DNA of 64,000 nucleotides from Candidatus Campbellbacteria bacterium (GCA_024653945.1 JANLIT010000002.1:11940-75939), one strand, 5' to 3'; numbered from the stretch's first letter, positions 7,705 through 17,162 are shown. Numbers and translations: made by a program. The notes: generated by a model not told the origin, from the letters alone.

Positions 7705-9003
7705 TCACCCCCTTTCGTGTGCGTAGAAGTGGATAACGTCGCACTTATGCCTAGACGGTATCCTGTAGTCACCGCCCTCTACGAGAGCTAGGCCAATGCA
7801 ACTGTCGCAGTAATTCCGATTGCGACAGACCATGCACTGCTGCATCTCTCGAAGAGAGAACTGAGTGAGTACCTGTTTTCGTCGTCGGAGAATCTCGGCC
7901 AATGACTCAGAGGAAGTATCCCCCAACGGTACCCTGAGATCGAGACAAGGATAGACAACGCCCCGTGGGTCAATGGCTATTTGATCCCTACCAGCAAAAC
8001 ACACAGTGTGATTTCGACAGTCGCGATACTTCTTCTGGGTAGGAAAACCGCCGATGCGATCCAGAAAAGGCTTAAACTTCTCTTCCATCTCCTGATACGA
8101 AAGACGGAAAAGCACTTCTTTTCCTGGGCCACTACGGTTCGGTGTAATGTATGGACTGTAGAAAATCGACGCTCCGATTTTCGTTAGAACATCGTGGACC
8201 TCATCGATTCGGTCGATGTTGTGTTTTCCAACCAAAACCGAGAGTGTGACGGGTAGTCCGCACCGAAGCATCTGACGGACGCTCTCCTTGAGTCGATCAA
8301 ATCGATATACCGACCTGGTTAACTCTGAGTACCCAGTCCGTGTTTCATACACCGAAACCTGGATGTCGTACAGGTGAAATCGTGACAACTTTTCGACGGT
8401 ACCCAGAGTGAGAGCCGTTCCGTTCGTTTTTAGTTCCAGAACGAAACCAATCTCCTCAAGATCTTCCATCACAGAGATAGCGTCTCTGCGGAGAAAGAGC
8501 TCTCCTCCTGTAAGAAGAACAAAAACCACTCCCGCCGACTTCAATTCTTGTCCCAACTTCTGAATTCTGTCCCTGGACAAGCCCTTCTCATGGAAGTTGT
8601 CCAAATAGCACCAACTACAACGCTGGTTGCAAAGATACGTCAGCTCGAGATTCGCGTTGATAACCTGCCACTCGCGTATTGCGTAAGCAGACAACTCCTC
8701 TAATGCCGTCTTTTGGGTCCGAATCACTTTTTGTGGGAACCTGTACGCCGACTCATCAGACAAGGAACGAATCACTTCTTTGATTTCAGCAAAATCTGTT
8801 GTAATGTCACCACTATCCTCTGGACGAAATTGCTCCAGAAAATCGTTGGTGAGTTGATGCTGTGGTTCGTTGACAATTCTAACTGCCTGACTTGCAAGAG
8901 GACCCTCGAAAAAAGCTGATTTACGGGTCGTCTTATTAATGATGAATGAAGCGCCCCGAAAATCTCGTGAGATAAGGTTTTTCACGGCCACACCCCTTTT
9001 CAA
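7705..9003 (-). CDS. radical SAM enzyme with C-terminal SPASM-type auxiliary cluster domain and ~100-aa N-terminal extension (possible peptide-recognition domain)
   Basis: CNQRCSWCY (CxxxCxxC) about 120 aa in; C-terminal Cys cluster CFAGRD..YPC..CMVCRNRNYCDSC; GC higher than surroundings. Confidence 0.85.
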   Translation of the reverse strand: MKRGVAVKNLISRDFRGASFIINKTTRKSAFFEGPLASQAVRIVNEPQHQLTNDFLEQFRPEDSGDITTDFAEIKEVIRSLSDESAYRFPQKVIRTQKTALEELSAYAIREWQVINANLELTYLCNQRCSWCYLDNFHEKGLSRDRIQKLGQELKSAGVVFVLLTGGELFLRRDAISVMEDLEEIGFVLELKTNGTALTLGTVEKLSRFHLYDIQVSVYETRTGYSELTRSVYRFDRLKESVRQMLRCGLPVTLSVLVGKHNIDRIDEVHDVLTKIGASIFYSPYITPNRSGPGKEVLFRLSYQEMEEKFKPFLDRIGGFPTQKKYRDCRNHTVCFAGRDQIAIDPRGVVYPCLDLRVPLGDTSSESLAEILRRRKQVLTQFSLREMQQCMVCRNRNYCDSCIGLALVEGGDYRIPSRHKCDVIHFYAHERG

Positions 9004-9111
9004 AGAACTGTAGATGTCGCAGAAGTCTCTATCGTTCTGCTGGTGATAATAAAAGCTGCTACGTATTCTGTCAATACCTCCACAAAATCGACTTTAGAAA
9101 AATTTTATCCT

Positions 9112-9139
9112 CTACATTGCTGGGAATTCGACGAAAAAG
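9112..9139 (-). repeat. direct-repeat copy of the histidine-kinase 3' end (encodes FFVEFPAM*), att-like
   Basis: ctacattgctgggaattcgacgaaaaag aligns with 10702-10728 and 11403-11432, including the in-frame stop. Confidence 0.6.
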
Positions 9140-9142
9140 TGT

Positions 9143-10680
9143 TCACTTTTTAAAATATCCATTCTGTATGCTGTATTCTCTTGTTATCCCAAGGTGGCCA
9201 CATAAGTCTTCGTTGTGAGAAACAATCAGAATTGCACCCTTGAAGTTAGCGAGTGCCTCTGTAAATACAGAGATGGTAGAAATGTCCAAATTGTTAGTTG
9301 GTTCATCAAGAACTACACAATCAAAGTCAGCAATGGTTATCATCGCCAGAGAAAGTCGTGCCAACTCCCCACCGGAGAGTGACCCGGCTTTTTTATTTAC
9401 CTCTGGTGTTTCTCTAAAAAGAAATTGAGCCAAGTGTGTACGCAAAAGTTTGTCATCTGTTGTATGTGTAATACGCTGTATATTTTGAAGTACAGTAAGT
9501 TCTCGGGAAACCAAATCATAGTGCTGGTCTAAATACACCACCTTCAAACTTGGCGTTTTTTTGACTATGCCAACAAGTTTTGCAGGGGAGGTGTCGTCAA
9601 AAAGTGCTCTAAGAAGAAGTGTTTTACCAGACCCATTATCTCCCGTAATCCGTACCCTGTCTCCGGTAAACACATCAAAAGAAATATCCGATACCACTGT
9701 TTTATTTGGAAGAACGAGGTTGGCACCATCAACCGATACTACAAATCTTCTACCTATTTTTTTTGAAGGTACATCAAGCCGTACAATGTGTTTTTTAGAG
9801 AGTATGGCATCCTGCAAATCCTCTTCTTTTTCTTCTTTTGCACTCTTTAGTCTCGTGAGGTTCTTTCCTGATTGTTTCTCCGATTGTTCTTTAAAATATC
9901 CCTTTTCGTACGGCGACATATTGTTGTCCAGTTTCTCTTTTTTTCCAACAGATACAGACCTCTGCTTCTTTGTGTGTTCAACAACAAGTGCCAACTTCGC
10001 TTGTTTCACTATTTTTTTCTTTGCCTCAAACTGGCGCGTGGCAGCGGCGCGTTCGTTCTCAATCAATTGTGCATACGTCGTATAGGTACCTTCCGTGGTT
10101 CTAATTTTTTGATGTTCAATGGTCCAAATTTGGTTAGTTGTTGCATTCAAAAAGTCTATATCGTGTGACACGACGACATACGCACCCACAAAAACTTTTA
10201 GATAGGACTTCAGACGAGCAATTCCAGCAGAATCAAGATGATTGGTTGGTTCATCAAGTAATAGAATACCTGGGGCCAACACTCGAGCAAGAGAAAGATA
10301 TACTTTGATGTATTCCCCACCAGATAAGTTACTCATTTTTGAGTCGAAGGGTACTGTTTTTTTGAAAGGGTCAAAAACTCTTTCTCAAAAAGATGTTTTG
10401 AAACCGAGTGTTTGGATAAGAGAGTGGCAAGAGTGGCTTCTTTATCTGCATCTCTTTTTTGAGGAACAATAAATACTTTTCCATTCACTGTGCAAGAACC
10501 TGTGTCTGGCGCAATATCCCCATGTATCATTTTGAGCAATGTCGTTTTTCCTGTTCCGTTATCACCAATAAGACCAACACAATCTCCTGAAAACAGGGTG
10601 AGGTGCGAAATATGCCACAAAAGCTGATCTCTTATTGAGTAGGATGCGTCTTGTATGAGAATAAGAGGGTTCCTGTTCAT
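9143..10680 (-). pseudogene. ABC-F family ATPase (two NBDs, EttA/Uup-like), interrupted by a frameshift in a homopolymer
   Basis: Track ORFs 10333..10680 (Walker A GLIGDNGTGKTT) and 9143..10336 (starts MSNLSGGEY: signature, Walker B LLLDEPTNHLD, then a second NBD with GDNGSGKT, LSGGELARL, VVLDEPTNNLD) meet at a 7-T run (+ strand 10357-10363). Eight would restore one 500+-aa ABC-F reading frame. Confidence 0.7.
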
Positions 10681-10701
10681 ACCCCCATACTACACCGTAC
10701 C

Positions 10702-10728
10702 TACACCCCAGGGAATTCGACGAAAAAT
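10702..10728 (-). repeat. direct-repeat copy of the histidine-kinase 3' end (encodes FFVEFPGV*), att-like
   Basis: ctacaccccagggaattcgacgaaaaa; reverse complement reads TTT TTC GTC GAA TTC CCT GGG GTG TAG. Confidence 0.6.
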
Positions 10729-10761
10729 AAGGTTGGATATCTTTTATGTCATAATGAGTAC

Positions 10762-11406
10762 ATGGAAGAATCAATCAAACTATCTTTTGAATATTCAAAA
10801 TCTCTTGAGAAAGAGAGAGTTATCAATACAATCAAGCGCCTTCCGTGGTATCGGGATAATAGATATAACGTTGATATAATTGCTTTCCCAAAAAATCTCG
10901 ATACGAATAATCTCGTAAGTACTTCTGACGAGGACATTTTAAATGCTATCGATTTAGAATATAACCAAGAAAAACACATCTCCTCTGAAAAAGAAATGAC
11001 AAAACTTTTTAGCTTATACGAAGGTAGATTAGTATCTTTTTTGAAAGAGACTGAGTTGCCTATCATCTCAAATATTATCGTTCATTTGGTTATGTATGGC
11101 ACAGCAGGAAGTTATTCCTTGCCCAATAAGGTAATCGTTAATATTTCAAAGTTTTACAATGTTGGACTAATGAGAAATATACTCCATGAAATCATCCATC
11201 TACACATTCAACATCTGATAGATACATACAAAATTGGCCAGTGGGAAAAAGAACGAGTGGTTGATTTATTGATGGAGAAATGTTTTCCAGAAATAACAAA
11301 ACAACAACATATTCAGATAGATACCACAAAAATTGATGAGGTATTCAATACACACTACCCAAACGTGCCATATATACTAGAAACTATTGGAGAGATATCT
11401 CGCTAA
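10762..11406 (+). CDS. hypothetical protein with HExxH motif
   Basis: NILHEIIHLHIQH; ATG at 10762 (track ORF starts earlier at 10651); convergent with the HK and overlapping its stop. Confidence 0.5.
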   Translation: MEESIKLSFEYSKSLEKERVINTIKRLPWYRDNRYNVDIIAFPKNLDTNNLVSTSDEDILNAIDLEYNQEKHISSEKEMTKLFSLYEGRLVSFLKETELPIISNIIVHLVMYGTAGSYSLPNKVIVNISKFYNVGLMRNILHEIIHLHIQHLIDTYKIGQWEKERVVDLLMEKCFPEITKQQHIQIDTTKIDEVFNTHYPNVPYILETIGEISR

Positions 11407-13181
11407 ACCCCAGGAAATTCAACGAGGAAGGTGGAGCCTTTACCTCGTCCTTTGGACTCGGCCCATATGCGTCCATTGTGTGCAGTAACAATTTGCTTGG
11501 CAATAAAGAGTCCGTAGCCGGTGCTGTGCACATTGGTGATGCGTGAGTCTTTTCCGCGCCCACCCTCGGTGAAGAGCACCGCCTTGTCTTCGTCCGTCAG
11601 CCCCACACCGCTATCTTTAACAGAGAAAATAATCTTACCGTCTTTGTGTGCAAGAGACACGGTCACCGAACCCTCTGGCGTGTAGTTGATGGCGTTATCA
11701 ATAAGATTTTTAAGCACGTGATTGAAAATATAGTCGGCATCTCCTGAAATCGTATATTCATCCCCCTCTGGTATATCCAAAGCAAGTGCTAGTTTCTTGG
11801 TTTCGGCGCGCCTCTTCATGTCCTCAATCCCCTTCATAAGCAATTCCTTCAAACTCAAATTTTGCATTGCATATGTGACTTGCCCCGTCTTAAAGTCAGA
11901 CACATGCAAGAAATTTTTAACCTCAGTAACTCCCTCTTGTGTACGCCTCAATGCTTCTATAGATATCGCCTTAATATCGGGAGCAACGGGACCAAAACTT
12001 TCAGTGGCAATCGCATCAAACCCAGCCGATGCATCAGTAAGGTACCCTTTAACTTCGTGTGTGATGAACCGGAGTGTCTCAAGTTGTCGCACATTCGCAA
12101 ATTCCAAACTCTTTGCAAGTTTCTGTGTCTCCTCACGCAATCGCACTTCCTGTTTCACACTTTTAATAAGGGCTGTTCCGACGGCCGTAACTAGGCCAAG
12201 CGTCGCAATAATCACATATCGAACATTTTCAATTCTTCGAACAAAGAGCATCGCAAATACCAAGACACCAAGGGCTATCACAAGCATTTGCGTCCCAATA
12301 ATACGCGTGTTGAAGGCATGAAACTTCACCATCATGTATGCAAGAAAGGCAATGAAGAGAACCATTCCAATTGGTCCAATTAGGTTCACCTCATACACGG
12401 AAAAAATATCACCAGCAACGTTAGTTGCTGTAAATATGGAAAGGAAGAACACCGACGCTACTGAAAGCATGACAATCTGCTTTTTAAATTCACCTTCTGC
12501 CGTCTTACGGAAATAGTGAATTCCTAGGTAACCAACAAATGCAATTGCAAAGAATTCGAGAGCATAGATGTAATACCAGAGAGGCCCGTTTATACCCTCG
12601 CAATTAATAAGGTCAAAGGCAACCATATTAAAGCGCGAAGGTAACAAAGCAATAACCGGTGCATACAAGAGGAGAAGTACTCCGTTTTGGTTAATATTCA
12701 AACTCGACTTCTTTAAATAAGTCCAAGTAAAATAGACAACTAAAAACACTAGTGTTACCTGGAAAAATGCCGACATTTCCCAACCAAAATGAACAAAATC
12801 TGCTCGAACAGCTATCCACGTCACTACCTCATTTAAAATAAGTGACGCAAACGTTAGAGAAAGCGCGAGTAGTAGTCTTGAGTGTATTTGTTTTGGGTTT
12901 TTAAAAAAGATAAAAAATCCAAAAAAAACTGAAAAAATAGCGATTGGCAAATATGCATAATAAAGGAGCGTGGGTGCAATTGTTGTATCAAACAAACCAA
13001 GGAAGTTTGCTGTCGAATCGAGACAAAGTAACATTTCCATAACAAAATTGTATAATAGATTCATGAAAAAACAAAAGGGGTATTCGTGGATGAATAAGGG
13101 TTTAAAAGTTAAAAATACAAAAAAGTATGGGGGTGGGGTTTTTGCTACTAGAAATATAGCCAAAAACGAGATACTGGCCAT
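11403..13181 (-). CDS. sensor histidine kinase (multi-TM sensor, HisKA + HATPase_c)
   Basis: About 9 N-terminal TM helices, H-box FITHEVKGYL, N/G boxes (LKNLIDNAINYT, DSGVGL, GYGLFIAKQIV), C-terminus ..STFLVEFPGV*. Likely true start is the ATG near 13040 (MEMLL..). Confidence 0.85.
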   Translation of the reverse strand: MASISFLAIFLVAKTPPPYFFVFLTFKPLFIHEYPFCFFMNLLYNFVMEMLLCLDSTANFLGLFDTTIAPTLLYYAYLPIAIFSVFFGFFIFFKNPKQIHSRLLLALSLTFASLILNEVVTWIAVRADFVHFGWEMSAFFQVTLVFLVVYFTWTYLKKSSLNINQNGVLLLLYAPVIALLPSRFNMVAFDLINCEGINGPLWYYIYALEFFAIAFVGYLGIHYFRKTAEGEFKKQIVMLSVASVFFLSIFTATNVAGDIFSVYEVNLIGPIGMVLFIAFLAYMMVKFHAFNTRIIGTQMLVIALGVLVFAMLFVRRIENVRYVIIATLGLVTAVGTALIKSVKQEVRLREETQKLAKSLEFANVRQLETLRFITHEVKGYLTDASAGFDAIATESFGPVAPDIKAISIEALRRTQEGVTEVKNFLHVSDFKTGQVTYAMQNLSLKELLMKGIEDMKRRAETKKLALALDIPEGDEYTISGDADYIFNHVLKNLIDNAINYTPEGSVTVSLAHKDGKIIFSVKDSGVGLTDEDKAVLFTEGGRGKDSRITNVHSTGYGLFIAKQIVTAHNGRIWAESKGRGKGSTFLVEFPGV

Positions 13182-13632
13182 TTTTGGTGGGTTTATAATG
13201 ACACTGAAAGCAGAGCTGGAGCTTCCATCTTCAATCAGAGACCTAGCTCATCAAATACATGATCAATTTGTCATCGGTATAAAAACCCCCAGCGACAAAC
13301 AGTTGGTTGATAATTTTAACCACAGTTGTAGCCCAAATGCTGGTTTTAAGGGACAAATTTTTTTAGTTGCAATGCGTAAAATACGCAAACACGAAGAGGT
13401 GACCTTCGACTATGCCATGGTCTTAAGTAACCCGGTAAATAGTCCACCTTACAAACTTAGTTGCCTTTGTGGTTCAAAAATTTGTCGAAAAGTAATCAGT
13501 GGAGACGATTGGAAAAACCTTAATCTTCAAAAAAAATACGACGGTTACTTCCAATATTATCTGCAAGAAAAGATAAAAAACCCAAAAAAGAAGCTGTATA
13601 TACTTCCTAAGGATTTCTATGACACTAAGTAA
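13063..13632 (+). CDS. SET-domain protein (putative lysine methyltransferase)
   Basis: NFNHSCSPN, FDY, and a post-SET Cys cluster CLCGSKIC; ATG 13063 preceded by TATAAT at 13051-13056 (leaderless-type). Confidence 0.7.
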   Translation: MKKQKGYSWMNKGLKVKNTKKYGGGVFATRNIAKNEILAIFGGFIMTLKAELELPSSIRDLAHQIHDQFVIGIKTPSDKQLVDNFNHSCSPNAGFKGQIFLVAMRKIRKHEEVTFDYAMVLSNPVNSPPYKLSCLCGSKICRKVISGDDWKNLNLQKKYDGYFQYYLQEKIKNPKKKLYILPKDFYDTK

Positions 13633-13796
13633 TGTTTCTACTCCTCTGCCACTTCTTCTATAACTTCAAAGTCTTGTAAAACGACTGTTTTGTAGTAAGT
13701 ATATCCCACTGAAACAACAACGACTAACAAAAAGAGTACCAGTAGTATCTTTGATTTTTTGTCCATATACAGATACTATACTATGCATACCCTAAT

Positions 13797-15188
13797 ATGC
13801 GAATACTGTTTGTCTCAAAGGACACTATGGCCGGAAACCTTGCTTTCCTCTTAAAAAAAGAGGGGCATAGCGTACGACTTTTCGTTGAAGAACCAGACGG
13901 CAAAAGAAACTTCAACGGCCTCGTCTCCCATACAGATGATTGGAAAAAAGATCTCACATGGGTTGGAAAAGATGATGGGTTAATCATATTTGACGACATA
14001 GGATTCGGAAAAATACAAGACAAACTAAGAAAGGACGGGTATACCGTTTTTGGTGGGTCATACGAAGGTGAGAAACTCGAAATAAATCGATACATCGGAC
14101 AAGAGATTTTTAGACACCACGGAATAAAAACGATGCCCCTTCTTGATTTCCACCACATTGATGATGCGGTGGCTTTTTTAAAAGAAAATCGAGGTATGTG
14201 GGTTCTCAAACAAAATGGTCCTGAGCGTGAATTTAATTACGTCGGGCAATTTGAAGACGCAAGCGATACGATTAGTGTCTTGGAGAATTACAAAAAAGCA
14301 AACGGTAGTTATTCTCAAGGAACCATTTCGCTTCACCAAAGAGTCGTCGGTATTGAGATGGGGGCTGCTCGATATTTCAATGGTAAGAACTGGGTGGGAC
14401 CAACTGAAATTAGTCTGGAACACAAGCGTCTCTTCCCTGGGGACGTCGGACCAACCACGTCAGAAATGGGAACCCTTGCATGGTACGACGACAATGAAAA
14501 CAACAAATTATTTAAAGAGACCCTTGCGAAACTAAAACCCTTTCTACAAAAAGCAGACTTCCGGGGTGACTTCAGTATCAATTGTATTGTGAATGAAGAG
14601 GGTGCGTTCCCCACAGAGGCAACCGCACGTTTTGGTTGCCCGATAGTACACCTCCAGACAGAATTCCAGGAATCGCCGTGGGGAGAGTTCTTATACGCAG
14701 TGGCGAGCGGTAAACCATACAACCTCAAATGGAAAAAAGGGTACGGCCTCGTTGCGATAGTGGCTGTCCCACCTTTCCCGTACCATTTCAAAAATCATCC
14801 AATCACAAGCCGTGGTATGGATGTTTTTTTTAATGATATGACAGAGGAAGATTTTACACACATACACTTTGAGGAAATTTCAAAAAGAGACGACAAGGAG
14901 GGCGGTGGGTACTACATCTCTGATGACAGGGGGTACGCCCTGTATGTGACCGCTATGGGTGAAACCGTGCTTGAAACCCAACGATTACTTCATAAACGAA
15001 TCAAAAAAATACACATTCCTAAAATGTTTTATAGAAATGACATTGGAAGTAGTTTTATGAAATCTGACGCAAAAAAGCTGAAGGAGTGGGGATACCTCAA
15101 CGGTGTTTCAAACAAACCTCAAATACGTAAATCTCACGTGCTCGTGCACACAAAAAGAAAGCAGCACCCCTCACGGAATGCTGCCTGA
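13797..15188 (+). CDS. ATP-grasp family enzyme (PurD-like fold), function uncertain
   Basis: 463 aa; N-terminal Rossmann-like MRILFVSKD..GH.V, central ATP-grasp-like region; no unambiguous PurD signatures. Confidence 0.5.
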   Translation: MRILFVSKDTMAGNLAFLLKKEGHSVRLFVEEPDGKRNFNGLVSHTDDWKKDLTWVGKDDGLIIFDDIGFGKIQDKLRKDGYTVFGGSYEGEKLEINRYIGQEIFRHHGIKTMPLLDFHHIDDAVAFLKENRGMWVLKQNGPEREFNYVGQFEDASDTISVLENYKKANGSYSQGTISLHQRVVGIEMGAARYFNGKNWVGPTEISLEHKRLFPGDVGPTTSEMGTLAWYDDNENNKLFKETLAKLKPFLQKADFRGDFSINCIVNEEGAFPTEATARFGCPIVHLQTEFQESPWGEFLYAVASGKPYNLKWKKGYGLVAIVAVPPFPYHFKNHPITSRGMDVFFNDMTEEDFTHIHFEEISKRDDKEGGGYYISDDRGYALYVTAMGETVLETQRLLHKRIKKIHIPKMFYRNDIGSSFMKSDAKKLKEWGYLNGVSNKPQIRKSHVLVHTKRKQHPSRNAA

Positions 15189-15210
15189 GAATGTCTCCTT
15201 GACGTGCCCT

Positions 15211-15747
15211 TTAGAACATCGAGGAGACGGACTTGATGATCCACTCACCAGCCTCGAGGCCAGTGAAGACTGCGAGCGTCCACCACGTATTGGCGATGAC
15301 GAACGAGACGAGGAAGATTCTCCAGTCCCGAGCCGTCATGCCGTTGTACTGGTGTGCCCCACGGCGCATGTACACGGTGCAGATGAACGGGTCAAACTTC
15401 ACCGAGAGGATCAGCATGACCATCCAGTCGCCGCGGCGCATCGCCCACTGCATCACCTTGTGAAAGAACTTCTCCTTCTCATCGGCATCGCGAACCTCTT
15501 TGAGCGTCTCGATGCCCAACCAGTCGGTACGCGACCAGTCGTAGAAACGAATGGTTGCGTAGCAAACCGCGAGAGACAGAACCCACATGATGGCCGCGCC
15601 GACGAGCGTACCAAAGTACAACATGACGGCCGGGTAGAGCAGGTAGTCAAACCCCTGCACCATCAGGAAGTTGGCAGTAAGGCCAACTCCCAGAATGCCC
15701 AGACGCTCTTTCCATGTCTTGGGCTGCTGAGTATTGGACATTACCAA
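15211..15747 (-). CDS. GC-rich integral membrane protein, unknown function
   Basis: 178 aa, 4-5 TM segments, SD AAGGGAGG before the ATG, ~58% GC. Confidence 0.5.
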   Translation of the reverse strand: MVMSNTQQPKTWKERLGILGVGLTANFLMVQGFDYLLYPAVMLYFGTLVGAAIMWVLSLAVCYATIRFYDWSRTDWLGIETLKEVRDADEKEKFFHKVMQWAMRRGDWMVMLILSVKFDPFICTVYMRRGAHQYNGMTARDWRIFLVSFVIANTWWTLAVFTGLEAGEWIIKSVSSMF

Positions 15748-15850
15748 CCTCCCTTTCGGATCACAACATGAGGTTCATCCCCATGTTTTCTGTTGTCTAT
15801 TATAGCATAAAGAAGTGTGTTGTCAAGACACTCCACAGGTCCTGCCCGAG

Positions 15851-15942
15851 CAGCTAAAAAGCCCTTATTTAAAAGGATTTTCTATCCCCTATAGACTAAA
15901 TTATCTGGGTCAATTGAAATCGTGTCTGTTGTGCGTTTGACC
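15851..15942 (-). repeat. ~90-bp direct repeat, copy 1 (3' end of the M16 peptidase gene plus downstream hairpin)
   Basis: ~85% identical to 18310-18397; encodes ..TDTISIDPDNLVYRG* and the downstream cagctaaaaagccc. Confidence 0.65.
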
Positions 15943-17162
15943 ACCACAACTGCTGGAAACGATGCAAAAATTGTCTTCGCGGCATCTTGGATATCTTTTT
16001 TAGTTACCTTAGCGTAACGAGATTCTATATCAAGAAATTCTTCTGGGTGCTCGGCGTGAAGTGCAAACCACGAAAGAGATTCTGTCCGTTCCTGTGCCCT
16101 TTCATTTTTTACATAATAATTAAAGATACTTCTTTCTCTCGCTGGTTCAAGTTCCCCATCAGTACACTCCTCTGTGCACATACGTAATACCTCACGGCAC
16201 ACAATATCAAAGAGTTCGGGTAATAATTCTGGTGTAGTCCCTGAACTAATTCCAAACTTTCCACACTCAGAGTCAGATGACACAGAAGCTGACGTATCAT
16301 ATGAAAGACCTTTTTCATGTCGAACTGCTTTAAAAAGACGTGATGTCTTACCACCACCAAGAATAGTTGCAAGCATATCAACCGCAGGTTTTGTTTCATC
16401 AAAAAACGTTGGTGCGCGGTAGGAGATAAGTACTCGGTTTTGATCGGCCTGAGAATCGTCAATAAAAGAAAGACTTGGTGAGCGTATATCGCTAAATTGA
16501 AATAAGGTGGGAGAGATACTTGTATTTTTTTCTTCGTCCCAAAAAAATATTTCTTCAACAAGTTTTACAATACTTTCAAAATCCATATCGGCGACAACAC
16601 TCAAAACCGCATTGTGCGGAAGATATCTTTTGGTCCAGAAATCAATCGCATCTTTATGTTGTACATTCATCACCTCTTCGGGAGTCCCAAGAACTCTTCG
16701 TGCAAAAGGTGTTCCAGAAAAAAGAAGTGACTGTGCTTTGTCATATGACAAGGAAGAAGATTGTGATTCGTGTCTTTTTGCTTCTTGAAATACAACCTTC
16801 TGTTCGCGTATAAAATCTTCTTCTCGTAGGAGTGGTTGAAACGTTGCTTCAAAAACATATTTTAAAGCAGAATCCAGAGTATGGCTTGGCACAAGAGCCC
16901 AGTACCAAACATCTTCATACCAGGTCTTTCCACCTCCTCGACCACCACATTCAGAGACAAGATTTTCTAATTCGTTTTTTGTAGGATAGTTTTTTGTTCC
17001 ATCCAACACGAGGTGCTCAAGAAAATGAGCAACTCCGGGCTTTTCTCCGTACACGGCGCCCGCCTTCAAACGTATCGAAACGGCACTGATAGTGCTCCCC
17101 GCCCTTCGTTCGTGGATGAGTTTCATGCCATTTTTAAGCCGTTTTGTGGTGATATTTTGCAT
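15882..17162 (-). CDS. M16-family (pitrilysin-like) zinc peptidase
   Basis: inverted zinc motif HFLEHLVLDGT (HxxEH) about 45 aa in; 426 aa. Confidence 0.85.
   Translation of the reverse strand: MQNITTKRLKNGMKLIHERRAGSTISAVSIRLKAGAVYGEKPGVAHFLEHLVLDGTKNYPTKNELENLVSECGGRGGGKTWYEDVWYWALVPSHTLDSALKYVFEATFQPLLREEDFIREQKVVFQEAKRHESQSSSLSYDKAQSLLFSGTPFARRVLGTPEEVMNVQHKDAIDFWTKRYLPHNAVLSVVADMDFESIVKLVEEIFFWDEEKNTSISPTLFQFSDIRSPSLSFIDDSQADQNRVLISYRAPTFFDETKPAVDMLATILGGGKTSRLFKAVRHEKGLSYDTSASVSSDSECGKFGISSGTTPELLPELFDIVCREVLRMCTEECTDGELEPARERSIFNYYVKNERAQERTESLSWFALHAEHPEEFLDIESRYAKVTKKDIQDAAKTIFASFPAVVVVKRTTDTISIDPDNLVYRG

Noticed and set aside
7518-7772. 84-aa minus-strand ORF overlapping the rSAM 3' end
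   Set aside because: It starts inside the rSAM coding sequence without an SD and is in a different frame from the SD-led, translationally coupled 40-aa ORF. The open frame is probably a GC-rich-sequence artefact, though the real frame should be confirmed experimentally.
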